IMG/VR virus record: IMGVR_UViG_3300022856_000003
Direction: 5' to 3' (one strand)
Length of the DNA stretch: 64,000 bases
DNA from: a virus
Below the pieces are notes generated by a model that made no database searches, was not told where the DNA came from, and saw only the letters and a list, made by a program, of their open reading frames with translations. A program made the translations under genes and the position numbers. Below are positions 62,058 to 64,000 of the stretch, one piece after another. The stretch's first letter is position 1, and each line of letters starts with the position of its first letter.

Positions 62058-62593
62058 GCCTTACCGAGTTCCTTAGCTCCGACACGAAGGCCGGTTGGGT
62101 CCATTTCGAGGGTGGCCAGGTCTATCTGACCCTCGCCCCGGGAAAGATGAACCTCAAGGACTTGAAGGCCACCAGTGGGCTTCACGGGTTCATCACGGAG
62201 GCCGAGTCTGCGTGTCTCGAACGGGGATGGGTGTGCCACGTCACGACGACCCAGGCCAACCACGTCATCACGCTCGAGGAGCGCGGGTTCAAGAAGGGTA
62301 CCGGGTACGGTCACACGACGTTCTCTCGAAGTATGAAGCCGAAGGAGATCGTCGAGGAGAAGACACCCACGAGGTCACAGTGGAGCCGATTGATCAACGT
62401 TCTTCTGGCGAAAGCTCTCGGAGGCGCTCCACGTCGACTGACCGAGGCCGAGGTCTGCAAGCTCGCCCCTGCCGCGCAGGAGCAGCTTCTTCGCGCCCTC
62501 CAGGCTCTCGATCGTCGTGAGCCGACGAACCGCGACCTGCAACGAGCAGTAGCAGGTGGAAAGTTGAGACTGCCAACGGCGAGCAAGGGTTGA
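62054..62593 (+). CDS. hypothetical protein
   Basis: ATGA coupling, GGAG SD. Confidence 0.6.
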   Translation: MSLTEFLSSDTKAGWVHFEGGQVYLTLAPGKMNLKDLKATSGLHGFITEAESACLERGWVCHVTTTQANHVITLEERGFKKGTGYGHTTFSRSMKPKEIVEEKTPTRSQWSRLINVLLAKALGGAPRRLTEAEVCKLAPAAQEQLLRALQALDRREPTNRDLQRAVAGGKLRLPTASKG

Positions 62594-62719
62594 GTCGCGT
62601 CAAAGACTGAGTTAGGGTGCAGTGATTGCGGCGGGGAGATGGTACATTCTCTCTACTGACCTGGCGGGTTGAGCCGATCAGGTCGAAAGATCCCCACTCG
62701 GACACCCGGAGCCACTCGA

Positions 62720-63178
62720 ATGACGGACTTCCTCACGCTGAACCTCTCTGAACTTGATCTCGACGACATCTTCGGCGCGGAGACGAATCGTCCGCCGAGC
62801 TGGCACAAGTTCCGGCTCATCTTCTCGAAGCTGGCCGCCGATCTGAACCTCCACATGTCGACCGACATTGTCGAGATCGACATGGCTGACGCGGCGCACG
62901 CGCTCGTCGTGGGTCCGAACGCCGGAGCGGGTCAGACCCGGATGTCGAGTTTCGTGCTTGTGGTGGACCCGGATTCGTCGGGTGCGAGCGAGATCCTCAC
63001 CCTCGACGAGACCGCGCTGCCTCCTGGCGTCTACTCGATCAAGAACAGCGGTGGCGAGGGCATCGCGGTGCAGGATTCCGCCGCTTCGGCCATCGCGACC
63101 GTGGCCACGGCCACGACGGCGCTGTTCCATCTGAACGAGGACACGGGCGTGACTCTGGTCGGCACCATGGACGCCTAG
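62720..63178 (+). CDS. probable virion structural (decoration-like) protein
   Basis: Codon bias similar to capsid/sheath genes; beta-rich ILTL...YSIKN..G..IAV C-terminus. Confidence 0.5.
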   Translation: MTDFLTLNLSELDLDDIFGAETNRPPSWHKFRLIFSKLAADLNLHMSTDIVEIDMADAAHALVVGPNAGAGQTRMSSFVLVVDPDSSGASEILTLDETALPPGVYSIKNSGGEGIAVQDSAASAIATVATATTALFHLNEDTGVTLVGTMDA

Positions 63179-63416
63179 TAGGCGTCTGGACGACTGTCGT
63201 CCGAAGATTCGGTGATGCCTCGCCACCACGTCGGTGTGCGGGGCATCACCATGTCTGCACCATTAGGTCTTTGAATAGCCCCTGCCGCGCGCTGTGCGGC
63301 CACCTCGTGGGCGAGCGGTTAGTGAACGCCGACTCGCGCCAGTGAAGCCTAAGACCTCTCTATGAGGCTCCTGCGCCCTCTGACGAGGTGTGGGTATAAT
63401 CCTCTCAGGAGCACTT

Positions 63417-64000
63417 ATGAGTCTTATTGGTCTGGCCTCAGCCATCATCGAAGGACCCTTCGGGAGAACCCAGGAGATGGTCCTCACTGGCCTCAACGAG
63501 ATGGGCGACATCATCGTCCCTCGTAGTCCATTCCAGTTCTGGCCAGAGTCCATCAGCATCAGCATGTCTGCCGACTACGCAGACAAACCAATCCTCGGAG
63601 GTAGTCACCCCATCAAGCAATGGGTGAGTACTTCCGGTCGTCAGATCAGCTTCTCGCTTCTCGTAGCTCGAGACATCAAGCCGAAGACTGAACTCCCAGA
63701 GATCGCGTTCCTAGTCGCCCCCCAGGCTGACACGAACAAGGAGTTCAATTACGACATCAAGCGGGAGATCGACCGACTACAGGCTTGCCTGCTGCCGACG
63801 TACAAGGACGGAGACGAGCCGATCATCGTCCGTCCTCCTCCGATCGTGTACATCGAAGCTCCAGGACTCGGGTGGGCTCTGAATGCCGAACCAGACATCC
63901 TCGTAGGCGTCATCACCAGTCTGAACATCGTCTACAAGCGCGTCTTCACGGAGAGTGGAACGCCACGACAGGCCACCATCGACGTGTCTGTGTCCGAGGT
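63417..64000 (+). CDS. CIS/phage tail tube initiator-like protein (gp48/Afp7/gpU-like), truncated by window end
   Basis: Absent from the ORF track (no stop); my translation MSLIGLAS...FQFWPESISIS...Y...ILGGSHPIKQW...RQISFSL; AGGAG SD and TATAAT at 63395-63400. Confidence 0.7.
   Translation, partial: MSLIGLASAIIEGPFGRTQEMVLTGLNEMGDIIVPRSPFQFWPESISISMSADYADKPILGGSHPIKQWVSTSGRQISFSLLVARDIKPKTELPEIAFLVAPQADTNKEFNYDIKREIDRLQACLLPTYKDGDEPIIVRPPPIVYIEAPGLGWALNAEPDILVGVITSLNIVYKRVFTESGTPRQATIDVSVSE

Noticed and set aside
245-63565. Numerous long minus-strand and alternate-frame ORFs in the track (e.g. 35262-36905, 49628-50971, 29329-30477, 23820-24938)
   Set aside because: They are antisense shadows of GC3-biased + strand genes, with no recognisable motifs, and fully overlap well-supported CDSs
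1-64000. tRNA/rRNA genes
   Set aside because: No cloverleaf with T-loop GTTCRA and acceptor stem seen in the few intergenic gaps; tRNAscan was not run

Overview
This window is 64 kb of a GC-rich, large dsDNA myovirus (or its prophage/plasmid form). Essentially all genes lie on the + strand. Gene order: (1) recombination/repair block (MerR-like HTH, RecA/UvsX, Hjc-like and RuvC-like resolvases, Cas4-like exonuclease, SSB-like; 1-8.7 kb); (2) sugar/base-modification-like cluster (RarA/MgsA-C-like, WbqC-like, methyltransferase, GT-B glycosyltransferase, PIG-L deacetylase, ParB-like; 8.9-14.1 kb); (3) T4-like head module (TerS, TerL, gp20 portal, gp21 protease-scaffold fusion, gp23 capsid, neck proteins; 15.2-29 kb) followed by probable head-packaged cargo genes including a type IB topoisomerase; (4) contractile, eCIS-like tail and baseplate (33.5-59 kb), interrupted by a 2H phosphoesterase and by a class II ribonucleotide reductase/adenine MTase/XRE regulator block; (5) accessory genes and a truncated tube-initiator gene. 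Two signals stand out. First, a 14-bp palindrome CGAAATCGATTTCG occurs 19 times at roughly even spacing, both at stop codons and inside genes. Second, a shared N-terminal leader M-[RK]-x-[LF]-I-x-x-[LI]-x-E, resembling the T4 capsid-targeting sequence, sits on unrelated proteins including the topoisomerase IB and an Acb1-like 2H phosphoesterase. No tRNA, rRNA or CRISPR array was seen. All functional calls come from motif recognition by eye; no database search was run.
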